Notes: generated by a model from the sequence alone, not told the origin. A DNA stretch of 64,000 nt from an uncultured Lachnospiraceae bacterium (GCA_910576535.1 CAJTKK010000002.1:278483-342482), one strand, 5' to 3'; positions 28,403-39,500 are shown, counted from the first letter of the stretch. Translations and numbers: made by a program.

Positions 28403-30376
28403 ATGAAAGGATTTTTACCGATATCGGAAGAAGAACTTGCCTTGCGCGGCATCCGGCAGTTAGACTTTGTCTATGTGATTGGCGATGCTTATGTGGATCA
28501 TCCTTCTTTCGGACATGCTATTATCAGCCGCGTATTAGAGGCGCATGGATATACTGTGGGGATTATTTCCCAGCCGGACTGGAGGGACGAAAAAAGCATT
28601 ACAATCCTTGGCAGGCCCCGGCTCGCCTTCTTAGTTTCTGCAGGGAATATGGATTCCATGGTAAACCATTATTTTGTATCGAAAAAACGCCGCCCTAATG
28701 ATGCCTATACACCGGGAGGGGCGGCAGGCAAGAGGCCGGATCATGCCACAGTGGTATACGGGAACCTGATCCGCCGTTCCTATAAAGATGTCCCGGTCAT
28801 TGTCGGTGGGGTGGAAGCAAGCTTGCGCCGGCTGGCTCATTATGACTATTGGTCCAATAGTTTCAAAAGGTCGGTTCTGTTAGACGCCCAGGCGGATTTG
28901 ATTTCCTACGGGATGGGGGAACGTTCCATTGTGGAAATTGCAGATGCCCTTAATAGCGGGATAGCTGTCAAAGACATTACATTTATTGCCGGGACTGTTT
29001 ATAAGACCAAGGATATTTCCGGTATCTATGACAGTCTGCTGCTGCCTTCTTATGAAAGCATGAAAGAAGAAAAGGATTTGTATGCGGACAGCTTTTGTAT
29101 GCAATATCAAAATACCGATCCGTATACCGGCAAATATTTAATAGAGCCTTATCCAAATGGCGTTTACGTAGTGCAGAATCCGCCGGCAAAACCGTTATCC
29201 GCCGGGGAAATGGATGCGGTATACGGTTTACCTTACCAAAGGACGTACCATCCTTCCTATGAGGAAAAAGGCGGGGTTCCGGCGGTTGCTGAAATTAAAT
29301 TTTCCCTGACCAGCAGCCGGGGCTGCTTTGGGGGATGCAATTTCTGTGCGTTAACTTTTCATCAAGGAAGGATCGTGCAGGCCAGAAGCCATGATTCCAT
29401 TCTAAATGAAGCGGAAATAATGACGAAAGAGGAAGATTTTAAAGGATATATCCATGATGTGGGAGGACCTACGGCAAATTTCAGGCATCCTTCCTGCAAA
29501 AAACAGATGGAAACAGGAGTTTGCAAGGATAAGCAGTGCCTTTTTCCTAAGCCTTGCCCTAACTTGATAGCAGATCACAGCGATTATCTGGTGCTTTTGC
29601 GTAAACTGCGGTCTCTTCCCGGGGTAAAAAAAGTGTTTATCCGTTCCGGTATCCGTTTCGATTATCTGCTGGCTGACCCGGACGATACCTTTTTCCGGGA
29701 ACTGGTGGAGCATCATGTCAGCGGGCAGTTGAAAGTGGCTCCGGAACATATCTCAGACGCAGTCCTTGCCAAAATGGGAAAACCGGCGAAAGAGGTTTAC
29801 GGGAGATTTGTAAAAAAATATTACGAAATAAACGCACAGCTTGGGAAAAAGCAGTTTCTGGTCCCGTACCTGATGTCCTCCCATCCCGGATCTACTTTAA
29901 AGGAGGCAGTGGAATTGGCGGAATATTTAAGGGATTTAGGATATATGCCGGAACAAGTGCAGGACTTTTATCCTACCCCTTCTACCGTATCTACGGTCAT
30001 GTATTATACAGGAGTCGGCCCTTTTGACAAAAAAGAAGTGTATGTATGCCGTAACCCTCATGAAAAGGCAATGCAGCGGGCGTTAATACAATATAAGAAT
30101 CCGAATAACTACGAATTAGTGTATGAGGCTTTGAAGAAGGCCGGAAGAGAAGATCTTATCGGTTATGGCAAAGAATGCCTGATAAAGCCTAAAAACCGGG
30201 GGAAACAAAAAGAAAAAAATGATAAAATGCAAAAGACGGGTTCTTCCGGAAGGAAACTGGGCGCGGAAAGCGGGCAGATAAAATATCAAAAGAAAAAGAC
30301 AGAAAACAGGGCAAACGGAAGAAAAAAGAAGACAATTAGAAATATTCATAAAAAGAAACAGGACGGAAAGGTATGA
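28403..30376 (+). CDS. ygiQ: YgiQ (UPF0313) radical SAM protein
   Basis: [35 protein letters not shown]. Confidence 0.92.
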   Translation: MKGFLPISEEELALRGIRQLDFVYVIGDAYVDHPSFGHAIISRVLEAHGYTVGIISQPDWRDEKSITILGRPRLAFLVSAGNMDSMVNHYFVSKKRRPNDAYTPGGAAGKRPDHATVVYGNLIRRSYKDVPVIVGGVEASLRRLAHYDYWSNSFKRSVLLDAQADLISYGMGERSIVEIADALNSGIAVKDITFIAGTVYKTKDISGIYDSLLLPSYESMKEEKDLYADSFCMQYQNTDPYTGKYLIEPYPNGVYVVQNPPAKPLSAGEMDAVYGLPYQRTYHPSYEEKGGVPAVAEIKFSLTSSRGCFGGCNFCALTFHQGRIVQARSHDSILNEAEIMTKEEDFKGYIHDVGGPTANFRHPSCKKQMETGVCKDKQCLFPKPCPNLIADHSDYLVLLRKLRSLPGVKKVFIRSGIRFDYLLADPDDTFFRELVEHHVSGQLKVAPEHISDAVLAKMGKPAKEVYGRFVKKYYEINAQLGKKQFLVPYLMSSHPGSTLKEAVELAEYLRDLGYMPEQVQDFYPTPSTVSTVMYYTGVGPFDKKEVYVCRNPHEKAMQRALIQYKNPNNYELVYEALKKAGREDLIGYGKECLIKPKNRGKQKEKNDKMQKTGSSGRKLGAESGQIKYQKKKTENRANGRKKKTIRNIHKKKQDGKV

Positions 30377-30380
30377 TTTT

Positions 30381-31160
30381 ATGAAACAGACGCGGAAAAA
30401 GAAAATTGTCATTATTACCGGGGCTTCTTCTGGCCTTGGGCAGGAATTTGCATTTCAGTTAGATAAGATCTTCCATGCATTAGATGAAATCTGGCTGATT
30501 GCAAGAAGGAAGGAACGTTTGACGGAACTAGGCAGGCTGCTGGATCTTCCGGCAAAGCCGGTTGTCATGGATGTTACCAAAGAACAGGATATACAGGATT
30601 TCGTGGAAATGCTGGAAAGGGAGAATGTTTCCGTCCGTATGCTGGTTAACTGTGCCGGATATGGGTTGATGGGGCAGTTTGACGCCCTGGATATCGGCGA
30701 GCAGTTAGGGATGCTGGAAGTTAACTGCAAAGCGCTGACCAGGCTGACCTACGAATGTATCCCTTATATGTGCAGGAATGGGCGGATTATCCAGCTTGCT
30801 TCCAGCGCTGCATTTGTTCCCCAGAAGAATTTTGCCATTTATGCCGCCACAAAATCATATGTACTAAGTTTTTCCAGGGCTTTGCGGGAAGAACTGAAAG
30901 AAAAATCCATATGGGTGACGGCAGTATGTCCAGGCCCGGCTGAAACGGAATTTTTTGATATTGCGGAAAAATACGGAACTACCCTTGCGGTCAAAAAATT
31001 AACGATTGTTTCTCCTAAAAGGGTAGTAAAAGATGCGTTGCTTGATTCTTATGATAAGAAAGCGCTTTCTGTATGCAGCTTTCCTATTAAGGCATTTGGC
31101 ATTCTGTCAAAAGTAATTCCCCATGGATGTATTTTGCATATCATGGGGCGGTTAAAATAA
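30381..31160 (+). CDS. Short-chain dehydrogenase/reductase
   Basis: TGASSGLG and YAATK. Confidence 0.92.
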   Translation: MKQTRKKKIVIITGASSGLGQEFAFQLDKIFHALDEIWLIARRKERLTELGRLLDLPAKPVVMDVTKEQDIQDFVEMLERENVSVRMLVNCAGYGLMGQFDALDIGEQLGMLEVNCKALTRLTYECIPYMCRNGRIIQLASSAAFVPQKNFAIYAATKSYVLSFSRALREELKEKSIWVTAVCPGPAETEFFDIAEKYGTTLAVKKLTIVSPKRVVKDALLDSYDKKALSVCSFPIKAFGILSKVIPHGCILHIMGRLK

Positions 31161-31189
31161 ATTGCCCTTGGGGAGGAGAAAATAAGCAA

Positions 31190-31780
31190 ATGAGCAAAAA
31201 GAAAATAACCAAGGGACAGTATGGATATATTAAAAATCAAAAAGTATGGGTCAGTGCAAAAACGTTTCTCTTATACGCCATGTCTCTTACGATTTTTGGG
31301 ATTGGGATCAAGGTTATGGGAACAAAAGAAAATCTCCTGACGGTAATAGCTATTTTAGGCTGTCTCCCCGCAGGGCGCAGCACGGTCAATATGATTATGT
31401 TTTTGAAGGCATCCGGATGTTCCATGGAGGCAAAGGATAAAATAGGCGGATATACGGATGGGCTGACAGAAATTTATGATATGTTTTTTACTTCTTACGA
31501 AAGAAATTACCCGGTAAGCCATATGGTGCTTCAAAGCAACGTAGTGTGCGGCTATTCGGAAAGCAGGAAAATGGATACAGGGGCATGCGGGAAGCATTTG
31601 GAAGCTTATCTAAAACAAGGGGGATGCAGCGGTGTGGCGGTAAAAATATATAATGATATTGAAAAATATTGTGAAGGGCTGAAGAATCTGCAAAAGCAGA
31701 AAGAATCAACGCCAAAGACAAAGGAGGATGGAGACCGGGAAGAAATAATACTGGAAAACCTGCTATCCATTTCCTTATAA
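31190..31780 (+). CDS. Conserved hypothetical membrane protein
   Basis: GGAGG RBS; KGQYGY, two TM segments, LGCLPA. Confidence 0.75.
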   Translation: MSKKKITKGQYGYIKNQKVWVSAKTFLLYAMSLTIFGIGIKVMGTKENLLTVIAILGCLPAGRSTVNMIMFLKASGCSMEAKDKIGGYTDGLTEIYDMFFTSYERNYPVSHMVLQSNVVCGYSESRKMDTGACGKHLEAYLKQGGCSGVAVKIYNDIEKYCEGLKNLQKQKESTPKTKEDGDREEIILENLLSISL

Positions 31781-31797
31781 AAGAACGGAGAAATGCT

Positions 31798-32865
31798 ATG
31801 ACGAAAATAACCATAAGCGAAAGAGAAGCCGGGCAGCGGATGGATAAATATCTTAAGAAATATTTATCCGGTTCCACTTCAGGTTTCCTTTATAAAATGC
31901 TCAGGAAAAAAAATATTACTTTAAACGGGGGGAAGGCATCAGGGAATGAAATCCTAAAGGCTGGGGATGAGCTGACGCTGTTCCTTTCCGATGAAACGAT
32001 TGTAAAATTCGGCGGAGTCCTGCAGCAGATGGAAAAAAACGGTTTTTCCGGAAATATAAATGCGCAAAAAGAACGGCAACTGGAGCAAAGCTGCCGGCAA
32101 TATGAAGAAGCATATCAAAAAAACAAAGCGGTTAAAATCGTTTTTGAAAATAAGCATATACTTGTAGCGGACAAACCTGCAGGGATGCTGACCCAGAAAG
32201 CTTCGCCGGAAGATTTATCCTTGAATGAATGGCTGATCGGTTATCTGTTGGCAAACAATGAAATTACGAAAGAAGAATTGCATACGTTTAAGCCGTCTGT
32301 CTGCAACCGGCTGGACCGGAATACCAGCGGCCTTGTGCTTTGCGGGAAAACTTTGGCAGGAAGCCAGAAAATAAGCTTTTTGCTGAAAAACAGAAGCCTG
32401 CGGAAATATTATTGCTTATATGTAAAAGGGCAAGTGACGGAAGGCGCGCAGATGGAAAGTTATCTGGAAAAAGACAGGGAGTCCAACCGGGTAAAAATCT
32501 ATGGCAGTGCGGAAGGGGAGGATGCTTCTTATATTAAGACGATATATAAACCCCTTAAGGTTTACCGTAATATGACTTTGCTGGAAGCGGAGCTGGTGAC
32601 CGGGAAAACCCATCAAATCAGAATTCATCTGGCAAGCGCCGGCCATCCTGTATTGGGCGACTATAAATATGGGTATTTGGAGTGTAATGACAGATATAAG
32701 AAAAAATACGGGATCAGCACGCAGCTTCTTCATGCTTCCCGCCTGGAATTCCCAAAGCTGGATGGGGAATGGGCCGATTTGTCAGAACTTGTATTAACGG
32801 CGGAACTTCCGGAAATTTTCCGGGTAATAGATGAAAACGAGAGCGGAGCAGAAGCGAGGAAATAA
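31798..32865 (+). CDS. RluA/RluC-family pseudouridine synthase
   Basis: S4 domain QRMDKYL, KPAG, NRLDRNTSG, TGKTHQIR, GDYKY. Confidence 0.92.
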   Translation: MTKITISEREAGQRMDKYLKKYLSGSTSGFLYKMLRKKNITLNGGKASGNEILKAGDELTLFLSDETIVKFGGVLQQMEKNGFSGNINAQKERQLEQSCRQYEEAYQKNKAVKIVFENKHILVADKPAGMLTQKASPEDLSLNEWLIGYLLANNEITKEELHTFKPSVCNRLDRNTSGLVLCGKTLAGSQKISFLLKNRSLRKYYCLYVKGQVTEGAQMESYLEKDRESNRVKIYGSAEGEDASYIKTIYKPLKVYRNMTLLEAELVTGKTHQIRIHLASAGHPVLGDYKYGYLECNDRYKKKYGISTQLLHASRLEFPKLDGEWADLSELVLTAELPEIFRVIDENESGAEARK

Positions 32866-32866
32866 A

Positions 32867-33400
32867 ATGGCAACTTGGAATTCCCGGGGGCTGAGAGGAT
32901 CCACCCTGGAAGATCTGATTAATCGGACAAACGAAAAATATCTGGAAAACGGGCTGGCTTTAATCCAGAAAATCCCTACTCCAATCACTCCTATTACGAT
33001 TAACAAAGATAACGGTCAAATCACTCTGGCGTACTTTGACCAAAAGAGTACCGTTGACTATATCGGCGCCGTGCAGGGGATTCCCGTCTGTTTTGATGCA
33101 AAAGAATGCGGGAAAGATACCTTTGCCCTTCAGAATATTCATGAGCATCAAGTGGAATTCATGAATCAGTTTGAAAAACAGGGAGGGATTTCTTTTTTTC
33201 TTATTCATTATACGCATAAAGATATTTTTTATTATCTGCCTTATGAGATGCTCCGTTTTTTTTGGGACAGGGCAAAAGGAGGGGGAAGAAAAAGCTTCCG
33301 CTTTGAAGAGCTGAACCCTGCATATATCATGCCGAAAAAAAACAATATTTTTGTGCCTTACTTGGATATGATACAAAAGGACTTAGATGACAGGGAATAA
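32867..33400 (+). CDS. recU: Holliday junction resolvase RecU
   Basis: RGSTLE, KIPTP, STVDYIG, FDAKE, HEHQ. Confidence 0.92.
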   Translation: MATWNSRGLRGSTLEDLINRTNEKYLENGLALIQKIPTPITPITINKDNGQITLAYFDQKSTVDYIGAVQGIPVCFDAKECGKDTFALQNIHEHQVEFMNQFEKQGGISFFLIHYTHKDIFYYLPYEMLRFFWDRAKGGGRKSFRFEELNPAYIMPKKNNIFVPYLDMIQKDLDDRE

Positions 33401-33403
33401 AGG

Positions 33404-34570
33404 ATGGCAGGAAAGGAGAAAGTGACGGATATGAGCAGTGAATTAGTGCATACGCCGGAAGGCGTGCGTGATATTTATGGGGATGAATATGCAAAAAAGC
33501 TGAGAGTGGAAGGGTTAATGCTGGAAAAAGCAAGAAGCTATGGTTATGAGGATATCCAGACCCCCACGTTTGAATTTTTTGATGTGTTCTCAAAAGAGAT
33601 AGGGACCACGCCTTCCAGGGAGTTATATAAATTTTTTGATAAAGAGGGGAATACTTTAGTATTGCGGCCGGATTTTACCCCCTCTATAGCGAGATGTGCA
33701 GCAAAGTATTTTGCGGATTGCAACAGGCCGATCCGTTTTTGCTATATAGGCAATACTTTTACCAATAATTCCAATCTGCAGGGAAAGTTAAAAGAGACTA
33801 CCCAGATGGGGGCAGAACTGATCGGGGATCCTTCGGTAAAAGCGGATGGGGAAATGGCGGCGATGATCATCGAATCTTTGCTTTTTGCAGGGCTAAAGGA
33901 TTTTCAGTTAAGCGTGGGAAATGTGGAATATTTTAAGGGTATTTGCGCAGAAGCGGGATTGGATGAAAAGACGGAACTGGAATTGCGGGAATTCATTTCA
34001 GGGAAAAATTATTTTGGCGCAGAAGAACTTTTGATTGAAAAAAAAATAGAGAAACAATATAGGGATGCGCTGCTGCGGCTGACAGATTTATTCGGTTCCT
34101 GTGATGCCCTTGGGCAGGCGAAAGCCTTAGTACATAACAGACGTTCCCTTAACGCCGTAAAACGGCTGGAAGAACTTTATCAAGTTCTTTGCTGCTATGG
34201 GGCAGAGAAATATGTTTCGTTTGATTTAGGAATGCTGAGCAAATATCATTATTATACAGATATGATATGGAAGGCTTATACTTATGGGGTAGGGGATGCG
34301 ATTGTCAAAGGCGGAAGATACGATACTCTATTAGATCATTTCGGCAAAAAAGCCCCTGCTGTCGGGTTTGTCGTGGGGATTGATGATTTGATAGCGGCAT
34401 TGGACCGGCAGGGCATTGAGACTGTAATACCATCCAAAGCGGAAATCATCGGATATACCCCGGATACCTTTCCGAAGATGCTGGAAAAGGCAAGAGAAAT
34501 ACGTGCCAAGGGAGGGAAAGCAGCGCTGACGCCGCTTGGAAACATAGAAGGAAGGACGGGGACGGAATGA
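33404..34570 (+). CDS. hisZ: ATP phosphoribosyltransferase regulatory subunit (start may be 33431)
   Basis: TPEGVRD, LRPDFTPSIAR, GGRYD; directly upstream of short hisG. Confidence 0.93.
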   Translation: MAGKEKVTDMSSELVHTPEGVRDIYGDEYAKKLRVEGLMLEKARSYGYEDIQTPTFEFFDVFSKEIGTTPSRELYKFFDKEGNTLVLRPDFTPSIARCAAKYFADCNRPIRFCYIGNTFTNNSNLQGKLKETTQMGAELIGDPSVKADGEMAAMIIESLLFAGLKDFQLSVGNVEYFKGICAEAGLDEKTELELREFISGKNYFGAEELLIEKKIEKQYRDALLRLTDLFGSCDALGQAKALVHNRRSLNAVKRLEELYQVLCCYGAEKYVSFDLGMLSKYHYYTDMIWKAYTYGVGDAIVKGGRYDTLLDHFGKKAPAVGFVVGIDDLIAALDRQGIETVIPSKAEIIGYTPDTFPKMLEKAREIRAKGGKAALTPLGNIEGRTGTE

Positions 34571-35226
34571 TGGAAGAGATGCGTTATCTTACATTTGCAT
34601 TAGGCAAGGGACGCCTGGCAAGCCAGACCTTAGAGCTGTTGGAAAAAATCGGGATTACCTGCGAGGAAATGAAAGACAAAAAATCCAGAAAGCTTGTTTT
34701 TGTGAATGAAGAAAGGAAGCTCCGCTTTTTCCTTGCCAAAGGTCTTGATGTGCCTACCTATGTGGAATATGGGGCTGCGGATATCGGAGTGGCAGGAAAG
34801 GATACGATCCTTGAGGAAAACAGGAGAGTATATGAAGTAATGGATTTGGGGTTTGGCAAATGCCGTATGTGTGTCTGCGGGCCGCAAAGTTCCATGGAAC
34901 TGTTAAAACATCATGAAAGGATAAGGGTGGCCAGCAAGTACCCGAATATTGCCAAAGACTATTTTTATAATAAAAAGCATCAGACGGTGGATATCATCCG
35001 GCTCAACGGATCGGTAGAGTTAGGTCCTATAGTAGGCCTTTCAGATGTCATCGTAGACATTGTGGAGACAGGTTCCACGTTGAAAGAAAACGGGCTTGCC
35101 GTGTTGGAAGAAATATGCCCCCTGTCAGCCCGCATGATTGTCAATCAGGTCAGTATGCAGATGCAGACGGAGAGAATCAAGAAGTTAATTTATGAAATCA
35201 GGGAACATTTGCAGCAGCCTGGCTGA
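34567..35226 (+). CDS. hisG: ATP phosphoribosyltransferase, short form
   Basis: KGRL, DVPTYVEYG, GSVELGP, DIVETGSTL. Confidence 0.96.
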   Translation: MMEEMRYLTFALGKGRLASQTLELLEKIGITCEEMKDKKSRKLVFVNEERKLRFFLAKGLDVPTYVEYGAADIGVAGKDTILEENRRVYEVMDLGFGKCRMCVCGPQSSMELLKHHERIRVASKYPNIAKDYFYNKKHQTVDIIRLNGSVELGPIVGLSDVIVDIVETGSTLKENGLAVLEEICPLSARMIVNQVSMQMQTERIKKLIYEIREHLQQPG

Positions 35227-35240
35227 GGAGGAGGAAACAT

Positions 35241-36530
35241 ATGAGAATGATAAAATTAACGCCGGATACAAAAGAGGATTTATTGAATGCCCTCTTAAAG
35301 AGAAGCCCCAATCATTATAGCCAATATGAATCCGTTGTGGCGGATATTATTTCCAGTGTCCGCCAAAGAGGGGATGAAGCATTATTTGCCTACACCGAAA
35401 AATTTGACAAATGCAAAATCAATGCTTCCAATATCCGGGTAACCAGGGAAGAAATTGCATCTGCATATCAAAAGACAGATGCAAAATTAGTCGAAGCAAT
35501 GAAGCATTCCGCAGGCAATATCCGTGCTTTTCATGAAAAACAGCTTCATAATTCATGGTTTGACACAAGGGAAGACGGTTCTCTTCTGGGACAGAAAATT
35601 ACGCCGGTTGGTTTATCGGGGGTATATGTGCCGGGAGGAAAGGCCGCTTACCCATCCAGCGTGCTGATGAACGTTATACCAGCCAAGGTAGCCGGCGTGA
35701 AAAGAGTGGTGATGACGACGCCTCCAGACCCTGCAGGGGAAGTCTATGCAGGAACTTTAGTAGCGGCGGATATTGCAGGAGTGGATGAAATTTATAAAGC
35801 CGGAGGGGCGCAGGCGGTAGCTGCTATGGCTTTTGGAACGGAAAGCATACCAAAAGTGGATAAAATTACAGGCCCGGGGAATATTTTTGTCGCTTTGGCA
35901 AAAAAAGCATGTTTCGGCTATGTAAGTATTGATTCGATTGCCGGTCCTAGCGAAATATTAGTGATTGCGGATGAAACGGCTAACCCCCGTTATGTTGCTG
36001 CCGACCTGCTTTCACAGGCAGAACATGATGAGCTGGCAAGCGCTATACTCATTACAACAAGCGAAAAACTGGCAGAGGATGTCAATGCCCAGGTGGAAGA
36101 ATTTGTAAACCGGCTGTCCAGAAAAGAAATCATAAAAAAATCTTTGGAGAACTATGGCTATATCCTGCTTGCAGAAGACATGGAAGATGCCGTGGAAGCC
36201 GCTAACGAAATCGCTTCTGAACATGTGGAAATATTGACGGCAGACCCTTATGCGGTGATGACAAAAATACGTAATGCAGGGGCTTTGTTTTTGGGGGAAT
36301 ACTCCTCGGAGCCGCTTGGCGATTATTATGCCGGCCCGAATCACATTCTTCCTACAAACGGGACGGCTAAGTTCTTTTCGCCGCTTAATGTAGACGATTT
36401 CCTGAAAAAAACAAGCATTATATCTTATTCAAAAGAAGCTCTGCAGAAAGTGCATAAAGAAATTGAGCTGTTCGCCGAAAGCGAAGGGTTGACGGCTCAT
36501 GCAAATTCCATTAAAGTAAGATTTGAATAA
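35241..36530 (+). CDS. hisD: Histidinol dehydrogenase
   Basis: YVPGGKAAYPSS, GPGN, QAEHD, GPNHILPT. Confidence 0.97.
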   Translation: MRMIKLTPDTKEDLLNALLKRSPNHYSQYESVVADIISSVRQRGDEALFAYTEKFDKCKINASNIRVTREEIASAYQKTDAKLVEAMKHSAGNIRAFHEKQLHNSWFDTREDGSLLGQKITPVGLSGVYVPGGKAAYPSSVLMNVIPAKVAGVKRVVMTTPPDPAGEVYAGTLVAADIAGVDEIYKAGGAQAVAAMAFGTESIPKVDKITGPGNIFVALAKKACFGYVSIDSIAGPSEILVIADETANPRYVAADLLSQAEHDELASAILITTSEKLAEDVNAQVEEFVNRLSRKEIIKKSLENYGYILLAEDMEDAVEAANEIASEHVEILTADPYAVMTKIRNAGALFLGEYSSEPLGDYYAGPNHILPTNGTAKFFSPLNVDDFLKKTSIISYSKEALQKVHKEIELFAESEGLTAHANSIKVRFE

Positions 36531-36542
36531 GACAAGAAAGGC

Positions 36543-37145
36543 ATGGTGACGGATATGGACAGATGTGCGGCAGCGGAACGGAAAACAAAGGAAACGGAGA
36601 TTTGCTTAACCCTGAACCTGGATGGTATGGGAAAGAGCAAAATAGATACGGGAATCGGTTTTTTTGATCATATGCTGGAGAGTTTTGCCCGCCATGGTTT
36701 TTTTGACCTGGAGGTAAAAGTAAAAGGGGATCTTCATGTAGACGGGCATCATACGGTGGAAGATACCGGCATTGTCCTTGGCCAGGCCATCAAAGAAGCT
36801 TTAGGGGGAAAAACGGGCGTAAAACGTTACGGCTCCTTTCTTCTTCCAATGGATGACGCACTGGCCCTTTGCGCCATTGACTTATGCGGCCGTCCTTATT
36901 TTCATTATGAATGCAGTTATCCGTCGGAAAAAATAGGGGATCTTGATACAGAGCTTATCCATGAATTTTTTTACGCAATTTCCTATTCTGCGGGAATCAA
37001 TCTGCATATCAAAATGCTGTCGGGGCGAAACAGCCATCATATGGCAGAAGCATCCTTTAAGGCTTTTGCAAAGGCTTTGGATGAGGCGGCGGCAAAAGAT
37101 GAACGGATCAAAGATGTACTTAGCACAAAGGGAAGCCTGGCTTAA
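36543..37145 (+). CDS. hisB: Imidazoleglycerol-phosphate dehydratase
   Basis: GIGFFDHML, HHTVED, NSHHMAEA. Confidence 0.97.
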   Translation: MVTDMDRCAAAERKTKETEICLTLNLDGMGKSKIDTGIGFFDHMLESFARHGFFDLEVKVKGDLHVDGHHTVEDTGIVLGQAIKEALGGKTGVKRYGSFLLPMDDALALCAIDLCGRPYFHYECSYPSEKIGDLDTELIHEFFYAISYSAGINLHIKMLSGRNSHHMAEASFKAFAKALDEAAAKDERIKDVLSTKGSLA

Positions 37146-37238
37146 GAACGATTGCGGGTGCAGTGACAGGTTTGCCGTGAAGCGATGCTTTAGGGAAGCC
37201 GGCGCACAAAAGAAAGAAACTTCAAAGGAGAAAAAGGT

Positions 37239-38534
37239 ATGGGCTGTCAATATAAAAAATTAGTTCCTTGTATTTATTTATATAAGGGGAATGCCGTAAA
37301 AAGTTTATCCGATATTACCATTATTGATACAGATCCGGTAAGCCTTGCTAAGTATTACAGCGATAACCATGGGGACGAGCTGCTTATTTTTGATATGTCA
37401 AAAGGGGATGCGGAACATGAAGAAGCTTTGGACACGATAAAGGCTATTTGCCAGATTGCCGAAATCCCCGTGATTGGGGCAGGGCACGTAAACCGGATGG
37501 AAGATATTAAGAAGCTTTTATATGCCGGATGCAAAAAAGCGGCCTTAAACTATTCTAAGCCGGGCAATATAGCAATTACGGAGGAAGTGTCAAAAAAGTT
37601 CGGAAAGGAAAAAATAGCCGTATGCTATGAGGAAACGGAAACTATTTTGGAATTCCAGCATTTGCTTGATGAATATGTGGACGAACTGATTCTGATTGAT
37701 GCGGCAGCCTTAAGGAAGAGCGGCAAAGAATGGAAAGGGGAAGCGCAGATTTTGGCATTGCTTCCGGAGGTTTCCTTAGATAAACTGATTGAAATCCTTT
37801 CCATGCCTTCCATGTGCGGCATCACTGGCTATGCCGTGAACGAAAATGTAAAAGAAATCACGGCCATTAAATCATTATGCCAGGAAAACGGGATTAAGGT
37901 AAATACTTTTGAAGCGGCATTCCGGTGGGAGGATTTTAAATTAAATTCCGACGGACAGATACCAGTAGTTGTCCAGGATTATAAAACAGACGAAGTGCTT
38001 ATGGTAGCCTATATGAACGAAGAGGCCTACCAGATGACGGTTCATACCGGAAAGATGACTTATTATAGCAGGAGCCGGCAGGAACTTTGGGTCAAAGGGG
38101 ATACCAGCGGGCATTATCAATATGTAAAATCCCTGACAGCGGACTGTGATATGGATACCGTTTTAGCCAAAGTTTCCCAAGTGGGCAACGCCTGCCACAC
38201 GGGAAGCTATTCTTGTTTTTTTCATGAAATTGTCAAAAAGGAATATGAAGAGACAAACCCGTTAAAGGTTTTCACATCGGTGATGGAAGTAATTGAGGAT
38301 AGGAAAATACACCCAAAAGAAGGCTCTTATACAAATTATTTGTTTGAAAAGGGGCTGGACAAAATTTTAAAGAAGCTGGGGGAAGAGGCGACAGAGATTG
38401 TGATTGCGGCTAAAAACCCCAATCCCAATGAGATTAAGTATGAAATTGCGGACTTCCTTTATCATATGATGGTCCTTATGGCGGAAAAAGGCGTCAGTTG
38501 GGAGGAAATCATCGAAGAACTGGCCAAAAGATGA
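37239..38534 (+). CDS. hisIE: HisIE with an N-terminal degenerate HisF-like domain
   Basis: SRSRQELWVKG, DCDMD, ACHTG...SCF, GSYT, KKLGEEATE; HisF-like N-terminus. Confidence 0.92.
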   Translation: MGCQYKKLVPCIYLYKGNAVKSLSDITIIDTDPVSLAKYYSDNHGDELLIFDMSKGDAEHEEALDTIKAICQIAEIPVIGAGHVNRMEDIKKLLYAGCKKAALNYSKPGNIAITEEVSKKFGKEKIAVCYEETETILEFQHLLDEYVDELILIDAAALRKSGKEWKGEAQILALLPEVSLDKLIEILSMPSMCGITGYAVNENVKEITAIKSLCQENGIKVNTFEAAFRWEDFKLNSDGQIPVVVQDYKTDEVLMVAYMNEEAYQMTVHTGKMTYYSRSRQELWVKGDTSGHYQYVKSLTADCDMDTVLAKVSQVGNACHTGSYSCFFHEIVKKEYEETNPLKVFTSVMEVIEDRKIHPKEGSYTNYLFEKGLDKILKKLGEEATEIVIAAKNPNPNEIKYEIADFLYHMMVLMAEKGVSWEEIIEELAKR

Positions 38535-38536
38535 GT

Positions 38537-38565
38537 ACATAGTTTTTAACAGTTCCTCATATAAT
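38537..38565 (+). promoter_or_regulatory. Putative sigma-E promoter
   Basis: ACATAGT-N14-CATATAAT upstream of pdaA. Confidence 0.5.
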
Positions 38566-38593
38566 TTAGAAAACTTTTAAGGAATTGTTCATA

Positions 38594-39433
38594 ATGGAAC
38601 GTCTAAAAAAATATAAAAAGACTATATTTGTCGTCTTTCTTTTGTGTGCTATGTTTTTTGCCGGCAGGGGTGTGGGTTATTTGGCGGAAGCGTTTCATTT
38701 TTCCGGCGGGACAAAGATAAACCCTGTAGGTTCTTCCCACATTTCAGCCTCAGAAAACTGGGGGCTTGGCGGGTATGGCGACGGGGTAAAACCCACAGGA
38801 ATCGCCCCGGCGGAGGAACTGAAGAAATATGACGCCTATTATGTAGGAGACGGCGATGAGAAAGTGATTTATCTTACTTTTGACGCCGGGTATGAAAACG
38901 GGAACACAGAACCGATATTAGATGCTTTAAAAAAACATCATGCGCCGGCTACGTTTTTTGTCGTAGGTCATTATCTGGAATCTGCGCCGGATCTGGTAAA
39001 ACGTATGGTAGCGGAAGGACACTCCGTAGGGAACCATACCTATCATCATCTGGATATGTCCCAAATATCGGATATGGAATCTTTCCAAAAGGAAATGGAT
39101 GGGGTTTCTGATTTGTTTTTCCAGATTACCGGGAAGGAGCTCTCCATGTACTACCGCCCGCCGCAAGGGAAATATAGCACGGGAAACTTAAAAATGGCAC
39201 AGGAACTGGGATATCAGACTTTTTTCTGGAGCTTAGCCTATGTGGACTGGTATGAGGATAAGCAGCCTTCCAAAGAAGAAGCTTTGCAAAAGCTGACAGA
39301 CCGTATTCATCCAGGGGCAGTTGTCCTTCTGCATAGCACATCCAAGACAAACGGGATTGTCCTGGATGAATTGCTTGGCAAGTGGGAAGAGATGGGATAC
39401 CGCTTCCGTCCATTGTCGGATCTGGCGGAGTAA
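38594..39433 (+). CDS. pdaA: Polysaccharide deacetylase, PdaA-like (muramic delta-lactam)
   Basis: LTFDAGYENG, GNHTYHH, RPPQG, FWSLAYVDW, LLHS. Confidence 0.85.
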   Translation: MERLKKYKKTIFVVFLLCAMFFAGRGVGYLAEAFHFSGGTKINPVGSSHISASENWGLGGYGDGVKPTGIAPAEELKKYDAYYVGDGDEKVIYLTFDAGYENGNTEPILDALKKHHAPATFFVVGHYLESAPDLVKRMVAEGHSVGNHTYHHLDMSQISDMESFQKEMDGVSDLFFQITGKELSMYYRPPQGKYSTGNLKMAQELGYQTFFWSLAYVDWYEDKQPSKEEALQKLTDRIHPGAVVLLHSTSKTNGIVLDELLGKWEEMGYRFRPLSDLAE

Positions 39434-39437
39434 TCTT

Positions 39438-39467
39438 GTCATAAAAACATTTTTTACGGCATATTCT
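39438..39467 (+). promoter_or_regulatory. Putative sigma-E promoter
   Basis: GTCATA-N16-CATATTCT upstream of ORF 39501. Confidence 0.55.
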
Positions 39468-39500
39468 GTTTTAAGTAATGAGGAATAGGCAGAGAAAAAA

